This document shows, one piece after another, positions 63,781 to 64,000 of a stretch of 64,000 nt of DNA. The translations under genes and the position numbers were made by a program. How positions within the stretch are numbered: position 1 is the stretch's first letter; each line of letters starts with the position of its first letter. Origin of the DNA: the human T2T-CHM13v2.0 reference genome, Homo sapiens; the NCBI RefSeq assembly GCF_009914755.1, contig NC_060930.1; one strand, written 5' to 3'. The notes beneath the pieces are model-generated. The model was given only the letters and a program-made list of their open reading frames with translations, was not told the origin of the DNA and made no database searches.

Positions 63781-64000
63781 CAGCAAAAATCAGCCAGGCA
63801 TGGTGGCGCGCACCTGTAATCCCAGCTACTTAGGAGGCTGAGGTGGGCAAATTGATTAAGTCCAGGAGGTCAAGGCTGCAGTGAGCTGTGATTGCACCAC
63901 TGCATTCCAGCCTGGGTGACAGAATGAGACCCTGTCTCAAAAAATAAATAAATAAAAATATGTCAAGTTAGATACAAATAAATGATTTAGATTCCTACAT

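Overview
Human (or near-identical great-ape) genomic DNA containing the 3' end of PDSS2 (decaprenyl-diphosphate synthase subunit 2, CoQ10 side-chain synthesis) on the minus strand. A 33-nt penultimate exon (58756-58788, AQEKGRLDYAK) is spliced across a ~39-kb intron to the last exon (CDS 19560-19718, LRERIK...VTRFS*), followed by a ~2-kb 3'UTR ending near 17500. Neither exon appears correctly in the ORF track. Bases 1-17500 are downstream intergenic DNA (from recall, BEND3 lies further left, outside the window). The window is repeat-dominated: about 85 Alu copies or fragments by eye, a full-length inactivated L1PA4/5-type LINE-1 in sense orientation inside the last intron, MaLR/ERV solo LTRs, MER DNA elements, L2/MIR/L3 relics, and a 5'-truncated RSL1D1 processed pseudogene. 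Almost all ORF-track entries are Alu/L1 read-throughs. I found no new multi-gene system. The best candidates for undescribed biology are an in-frame alternative terminal exon for PDSS2 with its own AATAAA, a 40-nt polyadenylated TSD-flanked mini-retrocopy of an LTR-derived sequence, a perfect RFX X-box inside PDSS2 coding sequence, an Alu>L1>AluY nested insertion, and several template-switch or inverted-Alu rearrangement scars. Repeat subfamily names come from recall of consensus sequences, and repeat boundaries are approximate.
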